Source: Parasitella parasitica NRRL 2501 | Lineage: Eukaryota > Fungi > Mucoromycota | Direction of reading: 5' to 3' | Length of the DNA stretch: 64,000 nucleotides | Assembly: GCA_025201805.1 (NCBI GenBank) | Contig: MU619265.1 | Location: forward strand, 83,892-147,891 | Shown here: piece after piece, positions 37,501 through 48,932 of the stretch | How the letters are laid out: each line of letters begins with the position of its first letter | Position numbering within the stretch: the stretch's first letter is position 1 | Notes under the pieces: generated by a model | What the model saw: only the letters and a program-made list of their open reading frames with translations | The model's database searches: none | Told to the model about the DNA's origin: nothing | Made by a program: the position numbers and the translations under genes

Positions 37501-39029
37501 AGCTCGATAAGTCCCTCAGGGATCGCACAAACGAATTGTATCAGTTTCTTCAAGACAACGACAGTGTTCGTGGTCTCAAGAAAGCTTGGAGAGCCAACTT
37601 TGAAGAGCAAAAACAATGTTATGAGAAAGTCAAAGATGCCCAAGAAAGTGACAAAACTTCTGATCTTACGAAGACTTGGAAGGCTAAAGTTGAAGAAAAC
37701 GACGAGCGCTATCGGAATGTGGAATCAGTAAAGTTAAGGATTAATGGTGGCTATTCGAGATACAAAAGAGAGGCTTCAGTCCCTGCGGCGAGAGATTTAT
37801 GAATATGGAAAACCTTTAGTAGATGAGTTAAAAAATCTAATACCATATAAGCCCTTCACTGTGGGTAGCAATAGATGCTGTAGAAAGGTAGAAGAATGCA
37901 AGCTGGACGAAGACATGGATCGGACAACAGCCGTGTTCAGTGGCACGGATAATGGCATTATAAAGACTACCGAGATAGTGTTTTTTGAAGTCGATCGTTT
38001 CGCATCACACTTGAAGCTGTACAATAGGTTTCAGATCTTGGGTATGTAACTCAGTGCCTTTGAACACATATGTATATAGTTAAAGAAACTGATTCTATAT
38101 ATGTTTGCCTACTATAGAGGATACCAAAGATGCAGACAATGCTGATGGTTCAAATACAGATGAAGCTGATATTTTTGAACATTTGACTCTACCTCGCGCT
38201 CTCACTTTGGGCTCCAAGCAAATCAACCAGATACCGGCTTGGCTATATTTATAAATTCGTTTATTCGGAAAAAAAAGACCACAGAAGACAGGTACAGAGT
38301 TTTGGAGATGGAAAAGGATCTTGGAAAAAAATAGTCTTTATCAATGCTCAACATCTGATGGTTTGGAGCAAGCCTATTCGCATCACACTAATGCGCGCGC
38401 ATCGTTGCGCTCATTCTATTACAACCAATCCATGATAAAAAGAAGAAGACGGCTGGAACTCTCTTACAGAAAAGGCTCTGACAGACTAGCAGCTTACGAG
38501 AGAAAGAGTTGTTGCAAGAAGCCGATTATGTTTGTCGGTGATCGTGGACACGGATTCGGCTCTCGCATCAAGGGACACAGACAATTTGGTGGGTTCTGGA
38601 AACAGCAGCGACATAGCCGCTATACACCAACTCTGATAACAAATGAACATAATACGTCGCAAACATGTGTTTTCTGCTTCCACAAGCTCTCTCATCCTGT
38701 GGCTGCTCTCAATGGCAAAATACAGCGAACAGCCGGTTCATTTCTTTTCTTAAATCCCGAATGCCCCAATGCTTTCAAAACAATGTGCCGCGACCAAGTC
38801 CCAGCACTTGCAATTGGTCTTGCTGATTTTGGTTGCCTTTTGTTTGGAGTAACTTTTCCCTGCTTCGACCCAAACCCCACCACTGCCAAGCGCATACAAT
38901 TCAACAATTTAGCCCTATCTTTTTTGTACAGAAAACAGATACTGGGCTCGCCTTTCGATGGAGGCAATACTCTTTGAAGGTTGGCAAACAAATATAAAAC
39001 GTGGAGATAACTCAATATTAATCGAGCGC
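34530..39029 (+). mobile_element. Non-autonomous Fanzor-carrying DNA element with 11-bp terminal inverted repeats
   Basis: GCGCTCGATTA at 34530-34540 and its exact reverse complement TAATCGAGCGC at 39019-39029. TG lies on both outer sides (34528-34529, 39030-39031). The repeats enclose the Fanzor-like gene. Confidence 0.6.
35487..38977 (+). pseudogene. Fanzor1-like (eukaryotic TnpB-family) RuvC endonuclease, frameshifted
   Basis: RuvC-I AVFSGTDNG; MFVGDRG...SRIKGH; RuvC-II plus Zn ribbon ITNEHNTSQTCVFC...LNPECP; RuvC-III RDQ..ALAI. Introns at 36714-36771 and about 38042-38116; frameshifts near 37190, 37750 and 38230-38320. Degraded coding sequence probably extends upstream to about 34840. 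Confidence 0.85.
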
Positions 39030-39049
39030 TGCATCTTTGACTTTGACCT
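38944..39049 (+). ncRNA. Candidate Fanzor omega-RNA (scaffold about 38944-39029 plus about 20-nt flank-derived guide)
   Basis: Overlaps the ORF 3' end and the right inverted repeat. Hairpin GCCTTTCGATGGAGGC (38950-38965); GCTCG (38946-38950) is complementary to CGAGC (39023-39027). Boundaries are inferred. Confidence 0.45.
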
Positions 39050-39503
39050 TTTAATACTATTGGGTAAGTGACACTCCCACTTATAAATTGTTTATAAAAA
39101 GTAACCAAAATCATCTGTTTCTTCTTTCGGAATTTAGCTTGATATACCGTTACAGTATATATGAACGTAACAATTTTGTAATTCTATTGCTCATAACAAA
39201 TGTGTTTGTTTCTCTACTTACAAATCGCAAGAACCAAGTTGAGGATCAGCAAATATGTAATAGGCTTCAAGTCCATCAGTACATCCAGCGTCCATTAAGG
39301 TTAGCTGGCTCTTCACAAGATCAAAGAAAGAGGCAACAAATTATAATAAAGACAAAGAAGCAATATCCTTGATCACATCTGTATACCTTCATAATATGTC
39401 ACTATAAAACATACACATAATCTGAATATGTTGTTCTCATACGAATTAGCAGGATCATTTATGAAAAATATCGAATGCATAAATTTTCCAAGTCTAATAT
39501 ATT

Positions 39504-41156
39504 CTATTTTGTCGCTACAATGACCATATTTCTTGGCGAAGTGACAGGGTCAAATAGAGGCCATAACCATACGCCTTTAGTTGGACTGTCCTCGATAGTC
39601 TCATCAAGATAAAGGTAACGATCCACAAGAATAATGCTTTCTAAAATTGGTCCAAGCAGCACTCGTAAAGTCCATAAGATAGAGATTTGTTTGTCTACTT
39701 GTTTCTCTTTACATTTTTGATAGTATGTTTCTGCCTCATCCGAGGTAATGGTATCTTCAGGGTATTTTAGTCGTTTCAAAGCTGCTTTTACATAAACTGG
39801 GAAAGATGTGAAATCTCTTTTTTTGTTCAATCGACCAACAACAGGAGCTACAGATGCTTCTGCCAACCCTTTTTCTACCATAATGAACTGATAATCTATA
39901 AGCCTAACCGGAATAACAAGTGATAACTTATATTCTAACTTACCTGAAGTAATGCTCTGAAGAAATGATGCTCATAGGCTATTAGAGTTTCTTCTTGTTG
40001 ATCAATCCATCTTGCAGGCGCCTGACAGGATAGCATTTTTGCAGTTGGACCCAGCTTGAATTCAGTCTTTCGAACTGTGCTACTAAGAGGAAAGCCTACA
40101 GTTATATCCTCTTCCGTTGAATTGTCTTTTTCCGTCAAAAAATGATAACAACAGCCAACATTGACGAAACAAGTTATTTCAGGGCTCAACGTAAAAAGTC
40201 TTAGCATCATGCTTGCTAAATCACCACAGGTATGTAAGCCTGTTAACAACCATTCCTCGTCTTGATTATTGTTATCGCTCCATTTTGTGAGTATGCTTGA
40301 AGCATTTTCAGGTGTTATGAATTCAGTGACATGGTGTAATTTGAGGACTTCTTTGTCAAGAAACTTGACGGCCTGTTTATCAAACTTTTTTGCTCCACAG
40401 GTTTGAATTTCAGAGGAATCGACGGCTAGTACTTTGAGGTTGCTTTTGAATGCAATTGATCTCGACAAGTATCCTTGTCCTGCTCCCAAATCAACTATAG
40501 AATGAACCTGATGATCTTTTGCTAATTTTTGAATGACAGGTGTCATGCGTTCTACCTACAAAAAAAAATAGACGGTTATAACCAAGCCATACCTATGGAA
40601 ATGCTGGCACTGTACTTCATGAATTTTTTTATCAACCATGCCTGGCAATATACGTTTTTCAATCTTGCTTTTCACTTGTTCCGCTAAAACATATCACATG
40701 AAATGTCAGTCTAAAAAAAGTAGCACTTAAACTATGACTTCACTATACATCCTGCTAAATTGATACGAGGTAATGCAATCTCTTTAGCATCTCTAATAAA
40801 ATCTCTTAGGGAAGCAGGCCAGTGTTCCTGATCAAATAATTAGTACGATTACAAGAGAGTACTAGATCAATTACATTGACATCTAATCCTGATGTTATAT
40901 TAATAATTGAGTCTATCCATTCTTCGTGGCTTATGGACCCGTTAGGTGGTAAAAGAGCCTCTCTCCATTCTTGATCGAGGATGTTCCATTGACCACAGGT
41001 CAAGAAATCTACAATATGAAGTGTAGTCCATTGCTGATATCTTTCAATATAATTCAGCAAAGCATCCATGTACTCAGTGGGCGTTAAATGACAATATTTT
41101 TTAGGTAATTGCAGTTTCTCCAAAGGCATTGCATTGTCTTTTGAGGGATCCATCAT
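39504..41156 (-). CDS. METTL25/RRNAD1-like methyltransferase (Methyltransf_32), multi-exon
   Basis: GMVDKKIHE, IVDLGAGQGYLSR, LTGLHTCGDL, VNVGCCY, LGPILESIILVDRYLYL, LFDPVTSPRN. Confidence 0.9.
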
Positions 41157-41251
41157 TGTATTATTGCAAGGATATTGAGCAAAAATAAATTTGCAAATGC
41201 GAGTAATTTTTTTTATATATATAATCTTGAATATAAGCCCCATCCAATCGA

Positions 41252-42080
41252 TTATTCTGTAGAAGCTGCAGCAACCACACCGACTTGCGCTGGTCTCAAG
41301 ATTCTATTCTTTAATAAAAAGCCCTTTTTTTGTACTACAAAGATAGTTCCTGGCTTTTTATCCGGTACAGGTGCTTGAAATACAGCTTCATGTTTGTTAG
41401 GATCGAATAATTGGTCTATCGGATCGTCTAACTGAACCCCATAGCGCTTCAATGTCTTTTGCAATTCGGATTGAGTCATTGATACTCCAGTGTACAAGTT
41501 AACTAGCTGCCCGGTGATTTCAGCCTTTTCATGTTGATTGCAAGATTCTTTTGTACGAAATGTCTCGGGAACAGATTCAAGTGCCACACCAAGAATGTCG
41601 ATAGAATCCAGTAGGTCTTTTGCAAACTTTTGGATGGCAAAATCTTTGGGATTTGCTACCTCGCGGATGTTGCGTTGTCGTAGATTTTCTTGGTCGGCAA
41701 GCGACAAAAGATAACTAGCCTAGATATTTGAAAGGCTCATGATTAGTGAATGCAATTATCATAGTCATACTATAGCTCAATGAGACAGTAGTAGAAAACA
41801 CACCTACCTGCAATTCCTTCAATTTGATTGAAATTGTTTTCAATTCCTTTTCTGCTGTAGATTCTGCAGCGTCATTAGCTTCGGCTGTGGCTTCACTTTT
41901 TGGATTCTTTTCTGAGTCTTTCGTGGCTCCATTCACACTGCTGCTCTCGTCATTTTTCTGATTTACACATGATGAGACAGAGAAACATCTGTTGAAATGC
42001 ATAGTAGTTGGGATCATCGCCATTAAAAATCTGGCTTGAAGGGCTGCTTGTTGTCGAAAAAAAATGTTTCTTCTAAGCAT
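41252..42080 (-). CDS. MGE1: Mitochondrial GrpE nucleotide-exchange factor, 2 exons
   Basis: Arg-rich presequence; LADQENLRQR, FAIQKFAKDLL, FDPNKHEA, RILRPAQVGV. Confidence 0.93.
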
Positions 42081-43898
42081 TGCAATTGTTCTTGACAAGG
42101 AAAAAAAAAACACAGAAAATAATGCAACATCGGCTCGTGAGCCATTTTATATTGCATGTCACAGATTAAGAAGCTCATTAGCAACAAAATCGCACGATAC
42201 TCGCATCATGAATAGTGATTTCAACTGGAAAACGACACTTACCCATACATTGGTACCAGGAATAAACGACCAACCTATTGAAATGTGCTATTGTACTACT
42301 TTCGTAGTATATGTGATGCGAAAATTCTGCCTTTTTCTTCAAAATGCACCTAAAATCAAGCCGTTTCTATATCATATATCTCGAGTTATACAAGCTACTA
42401 CATACTTGGAACTGCTTAGTTGCAATACCTATAGTATGTAGTTACTTTCCATAGGCTTATACCAATTTTTCAGGTCAAAAAAAATATCGATTTTTTTTGG
42501 TCGGAGCAGGTCTTTTTCACCTTCCTGAGTATACCCTCATGAAAATTTGTCAAAATCAGTTAATGGCAATTTAAACCCCAAAAACGCACTTTTTTATTAC
42601 AGCCTTTTTATGCTTAAAATGATTTAAAACATGCATTGCAGTACCTCCCAATGTTTATTTGGCTGTTAATTATAATTAAACTGGGTATTTTTTAGAAACC
42701 CCATTTTTTATATTATCACTTTTTACATAATACTTAAAGAAGAAAACTTTTTTTTTAAATGCATCATTAGACGCGCCATTTACTAAGAAACAACTAATAA
42801 TTACCAACTATGTCGAGTTAGTTAAGCGATTTTTGGAGTAATCCGAGTAAATGTGTTTTCTTTCCATTTTTTTGGCCAAATCGATCGTTTGAAACCAGCA
42901 AAAAAAACATTAGCGGCGTTTAAACCCGTTGTGCGCTGCTACTGCTTGAGCTGATCGTAATACATTCAGGCAAGTGAGTGTGCAATTAGAAATCAAGTCA
43001 ATCAATAATGGGACTATAGGCCATTGCATGTACCGATTTACCTATGACGTTGTTATTAAAGGTAAAATACCCCTCATTGGTATATGACTAGGTAATAAAC
43101 AAAAAATTCGTTTATATTTAAAAACGATGGGAAAGCCGATTTGGGAGAAGATAATTCATAGTGAAAGTATGTACGAATATAACAGTTATATTGAGTAACG
43201 GAAGCACATGTTAATAAAAAAATCCTCTGGAAATTCAGCATGATATTACATGTTGACATATTTTAAGGATGGGTATATTGCTATTGGTACCATCCAAGAT
43301 TCCTATCAACACCATCCTAAAAATTTATATCTTGGAGGTTAAAAAGTTTATAAGCATATGTATATCATGACAAAACGAACATACAACACCTAAAATCTAT
43401 TAAAAATGGCTGTATGTTTGAATTCATGGATTTAGATTCCCGGGAGTGTGCTATAAATCGATGATTTGAGTGTTTTAGCCATATTGACATGAATTGAAAA
43501 TGACGTTTGACTTACAGTTGCATATGAAACTAATTTGATAGGCACTGTACGGCCAGGAAGGTATATTTACATAGTTATTTCATGTTTCCATGACTATTTT
43601 CATTAGTAAATAATGAAAACGTATTTTTTGGATAGTGCAAATGGTAATTTTGATGGTGCTAATAGCAATATCCTTTAAGGGTGGCATTGACTTTGTTGAG
43701 TTATGAACGGCCGTTTCATATGAATCCACCTCTCCGCTCAATTTTAAAGTAATATATATATATAGACATCTAGCAGACAACGGTTTTTTTATTTTTTTCG
43801 CATTTATCCTTAATTCTCGTTATAAGAAAGACTTTGTTGTGAAAACGAATACTCTGTTTTTATAAAAAATAAAAATAAAAAAATATATAAAAAAAAAA

Positions 43899-45653
43899 AT
43901 GGGATTCTCGTCATCACATTTGGTATCCATCAGAAAATGCTCAAAATCCATCATCAATAAATTGTCATCGACGTACACTGATGACAGTCGTCAAGAATGC
44001 AAATCAATTCCATATCAAAGTACGCCAAATTTGTCAACTAGACAACGCAAAAACCTTCAAGCTGCATGCGTGGGCATTGAGCTAACCACCACCGCTTCTC
44101 CTCTTGCTACTACTGCTGTTGCTTACGCAGAATTAAAGAAGCCTTGTCCTGAACATTTGTCGCTACATCAACATGCATCACAATCTCTTCCACATATTGA
44201 CCATAGTAATAAGTATATAATGCCCAAAATTAAATGTGGACATGAGCAAAAGAAGCCAGAGTCTAACTCAACGCCAGTGACGCCAACTCATTCAGCATTT
44301 AGCGATAATGATCGATTCAGCTTAACATATTCCAAAAGTTCAGCAAGCAGCAATAGCAGAAGTAGTAGCAGTAGCAATGAAGAAGAAGCGATTACGCCAT
44401 TCGCATGCACATCAGAGCAATGGACATCGGCAGTTTATCGTGGAAAATACGCTCCTGACAGTAAAAGTCAAGGAAATAGAACAATAATGAAGATGCAAGC
44501 AGAATCTAGCCCCGTTGTTTCTGTTAAAAGATACGATCTGCTACCTTGCTCCTCTGCTGTTACTCCTGCTGCATCGATTTCATATTCTACTACTGGAAAG
44601 GGCAGTCTGGACAGGTCTCCTAGTCAGGGTTCATGCATCTCGTCCAGTTCCTTGGAAAAGCTATCTTCGAAATCAATATTTGGCAAATCTGCGTTTCATA
44701 AAAAGGAGTCGAAAGCGATTAAAAAGTGGTACATTGCAGTAGAACGATTAGCAATACAGAAAAGAGTAGCGGCAGGCCTCCATCAGCAAACCATAAGTCC
44801 CAAGGTATGTATAATATATGCAAATGTATTGATAGGCTTTGAATTAAATTGTCACTAAAAATATATAGTTTGACGACAAAGATTCAGCTATAGCTCGTTT
44901 CATAACAAGCGAACTTTATTCTACTGAAAAGTCGTATTATCAATTTTTACTATTCATCCGATCTGTAAGTCCTTGATTATTCATGATTATTAAAATTTTA
45001 ATGGATATGACGCAGAATTACATGGAACCTATGCAAAATGCTTCTCAGTCAAGGAACCCCATGGTGAAGTCAACTGATGTCCATGTGCTATTCTACCATC
45101 TTCCTGATCTCATCTCCATGTCGGAAAAACTCGTTGGTAAATTAGAAAATCATGCAACTGACGATATACCTGGCATGGCTGTGGGTCAAATTTTGAAGGA
45201 TATGCGAGATGATTTTGCTGTATTTCTGAAATATTCTATTCACTATCAGGGTCATATTAAAGCAATTCGACGTGCAAGCAGCACTGGATATGCAATCAAA
45301 ATTGACCGAGAATCCAAGAGCTGCAGAAAAGAAAATAACAGACTAGGTTTAGCTGACTATCTGATAGCTCCTTTTCAAAGAGTGCCTCGATACGAATTAT
45401 TGCTTAAAGGTACACTCAAAATATATATATACAAATATTGTGAGCTAAAATATGACGTGTAGATCTTTTGAAGCATACAAATGCATCGTTTATTCATGAT
45501 CTAGTTGAAGCCAAAAATGTTATTAGTGGCCTAGCGGCTACAATGAATTTGGTGCAAGAAAATATCTCGAAATCTTTTTTTTCGGCTTCTTTCTACTCAT
45601 TTCATTTACAGTCAACAGCAAATCTTGCAGGTTTTGAGGAGATTTCCTCTTGA
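43899..45653 (+). CDS. Dbl-homology (RhoGEF) domain protein, 4 exons
   Basis: Ser-rich N-terminus; ELYSTEKSY, LFYHLPDLI, LADYLIAPFQRVPRYELLLK/DLLKHT. Confidence 0.85.
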
Positions 45654-45841
45654 TTCTAAAATATACCATTTCTGCTTTTATCTATACCTCCAGCATACGC
45701 AATATTTGTAAATATATCACAACAAAATGACAAATAAAGATATCAATCATCATGTAATAGCAAAGGTTCCCACCTAAAAATAAGACTAAAGATCTTTATT
45801 CTGCAGGATTTTATTTGATGGCTTTAAACATAATTTCTGTT

Positions 45842-46126
45842 TTAAGATCGACCTGTAGCGGATTTTCCATAATCAGTCTGGCAAGCCCATCTGCCTTTTC
45901 CACAATTATTAGCGCTGCTTGTGGACATATTAACCCTGTCGCATGTCGTCTTTTGGCCTGACAAACAATTACCAGTGAATACCAATCTATTGGGACATAA
46001 ACAGCAGAAGTTATAAACTTCTCCATCTACTCCATTAGGTTCACACAAAACTTCGGCACTGACAATGTTTGATGTAGCCAAAACGAAGAAGAGCAAGATG
46101 ACCATGAATTTGACTGTAGCAAGCAT
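45842..46126 (-). CDS. Small secreted cysteine-rich protein (94 aa, 8 Cys)
   Basis: Signal-peptide-like N-terminus ending VSA; mature region C-x12-CC-x-C-x9-C-x7-C-x12-C-x6-C. Confidence 0.7.
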   Translation of the reverse strand: MLATVKFMVILLFFVLATSNIVSAEVLCEPNGVDGEVYNFCCLCPNRLVFTGNCLSGQKTTCDRVNMSTSSANNCGKGRWACQTDYGKSATGRS

Positions 46127-47118
46127 TTTATGGGATTGTTATATAGAGACCAGACAAGTAAAATTGTTGTTATAAAAAGAAAGAAGAAAAAAAAACAAGA
46201 TCCGTATATATACTCAAAAGTCGTCAATAATGCTAACGGAGCATCCATAAAAAATAGAAAGACCTTATGCAATATGGTGTACGTTCAAACAAGGTTATGA
46301 TTACCAAAACCTGGTGGTTTATAATCTGCTTAGTGCAGCTCATATTTCAGGGAGGTTCTGTCAGCTAGATACACTATACTTTACGATATTTGAAAAAATG
46401 CACATAATTAAATATTCGCTTTTCAAACTTGAGCTCGTTTATAGGGAACAGTAATCGTAAAAAGCCTTCCTTTTGGGTATAGAAATCATCAATAATGTGC
46501 TTACGCTTAAGAAATTCGAAAATTTCACTTGGGTGTGTACCCACTATGCATGTATGCTGTCAATCTTCCTATATATGCATTCTAGCTGAGGAATAAAATT
46601 TCCGAGATCAAAACATGTCTTGTGAAACGTTAAATGAAGAACACATTTATACATCAAGCATCACAAAGATTTGCATGATCCCATATTCAAAAATTGTCGC
46701 CACATACGCATATTTAAAAAAATGCCGTAATTATTCATAAAGGTTGTAAATTAGAATTCATTTTGTTTTTGGAAGAGAGCCTACAAGGCCGACAAACTTT
46801 AAACTTGGGAGGCAACGATTTTTTGTTTATTCCAAAGTTGTTGGGAATATAAAGATGAAGTGCATACTTTGTCCTTCAAAAAGAATTTAATATGGTCAAA
46901 ATTGTATCTTTATGGTTGGCCTCATAGAATCAAGTTGTCAATTTCAATAAATAAATAAATAAAAGGTTAATTCGCGTTGAAAGAGCCACCGTCAAAGAAA
47001 CAATGTTCAATTTTTAACCATGTTTGGTAGCACGGTACATCAACCCATTAACTGCGACTAACTGCAGATCACACCAAGACACTCACACAACAATACCAAA
47101 CATAAGTAGCTAGATGTT

Positions 47119-47711
47119 TTTTTTGTTAGGGAAATAAGGGTTTTATTTCATTGTTTAAAGTCCTTCAAACGTACCAAGGAGGAAGAGGAGAGAAAGACTG
47201 AGATCAGAGGTAGGGGGAGCGTAGAAGAGAGAACGACAGAGATCGGAGGTTGGGGGAGCGTAGGTGAGAATATCAGGTGTAAAATGCGTTTGGGGAAAAA
47301 GGAATGAAACTATTGAATATATTTATGATTGATAAAAAACCTATCTCTTAATGTCTCGAAAGACACAAGAGCTCCCATTGTCTCGAAAGACGTAGGAGGT
47401 TCGCGGGATCAGTCGTTCCAGGTCACCACACCTGGACCATATCACAAAGGCCAATGGGGCACCACTCCCACTTCTTCAGGACAGGCACCAAAAACAGTGA
47501 AACAAAAAAGTCATAACGCCAACACCGCACAGCAGATTACATCAGATATTACATGGCTAGGATGATACAGGATTCAAAGGTTCGCGTCAGGGTATAAGAG
47601 CAGAGGTAAAGGAGAGTTGTTGACCATTTCTACGATTGACGAGGTCGTTTTGAAAAATTCAAATCACCATTAGACCTACACAAAGTGAGGAATAGCGGGA
47701 AGAAAGGTGGG
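47119..47711 (-). mobile_element. 593-bp retroposed (non-LTR type) insertion: 5'-truncated LINE 3' end or SINE-like element
   Basis: 13-bp direct repeat GTAGCTAGATGTT at 47106-47118 and 47712-47724. T-run at 47117-47124 (poly(A) on the minus strand); minus-strand AATAAA at 47142-47147. Confidence 0.7.
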
Positions 47712-48932
47712 GTAGCTAGATGTTCCAATTGCATTAGATGATGTTTGTGTTCTTTTCCTTTCTTCACTTGTAATATTTATATATCCCACTGTATTTATTC
47801 GATCGCTATTTAGCCAACAACTAGCAAGCTTTGCTCGTCTTTTGTGACATTTTGCCTAGAACGTAACAGCTTTTCAGTGAAAATGTTCCACCAATTAACA
47901 GATTAAACATTTGAGAACTATGGCTAACGCATCTGCTCAGTTTGACGATGTGATGTCTGTGTTTAAATCAATAAATGTGGCTGTTTAAGTTCGGGTCGGA
48001 GTAGGGGGGACATGAGCAGAACAAAATTTAAAATGGATGAAGTATAGTTTGGAAGGAAAATTATTACGCATACCGTACCTTATGACAATTTCACAATGAA
48101 GTCGACAAATTGTAATTTTCTAGAGACAAAAGAAAATTTTGAAAACGTCAATCATTTGCTTTTAAAACAGACAATATTTATCAATCCTACTGTACATGTT
48201 TAGTTGACGATGCCATCTATCAACAGTCTTCAAGTTTATCTTGTTTATAGTGGAACTCATATAACTAAAATAGCTTGATTTTTTTATGCAAGATCACTGT
48301 AATCTGCATGGTGTATATACGTTGACGTATATGTTGTTTTTGGTGGGGGCAAGTAGTGGTAAACTTTGCATCACGGAAACCATAGTTTGGTTCGAGTAGC
48401 AAAGCTTGATCATTCCCACCTGCCCTGCTGCAAAATCCCAAAAAGGCACTCGGATGATGTTAGAACTGAATGCTATGCATTATTATTGACAGTTAATTTA
48501 TTATGCACAGATAACAACATCACTCCAGGTGAGTTGAGCTGGAAGAATGAGACCCTACTTCAAAGTGGATTCTTACATATATTATTTAAACGTGTACAAC
48601 AATGGGTTGCTTCTGATTTGCGGTAATTGCATGACATCAATATAAGGTTCTTGGCAAACTAGAGAAATAATAGCAGTAGGTATTGCGTTATTTTTAGGAC
48701 ACCTAATCACCGATCTTTTGTTGAACTGATGCTGCTCATTTTTATTGCGGCGCTTCTTTTGAGTGTGTTATATTTGTGATTCTGTATTGTGTGTTCCTCA
48801 ATTGTCTTTTTTTTCTTTTTTCGTTCAACACTTATTTTCATCGACAAGGCAACACATACCTTATCTAAAGCCTGCCATTCTTCAGCAAAAAAAGACATCC
48901 AAGAGAGGGGACACTTAATTTCTATTCAACAA

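Noticed and set aside
39064-39097. Hairpins TAAGTG/CACTTA and TTATAAA/TTTATAA as the omega-RNA scaffold
   Set aside because: They lie outside the right inverted repeat and are AT-rich. They would matter only if the true element end is further downstream.
47020-47103. 10-bp inverted repeat ATGTTTGGTA/TACCAAACAT as a MITE
   Set aside because: Too short and no convincing target duplication.
47440-47485. Canonical hammerhead ribozyme
   Set aside because: CUGAAGA and a stem II are present on the minus strand, but the GAAA core is absent.
47124-47553. Solo LTR interpretation (TGT...ACA)
   Set aside because: No matching 4-6-bp duplication at those ends. The 13-bp duplication plus A-tail fits a non-LTR insertion better.
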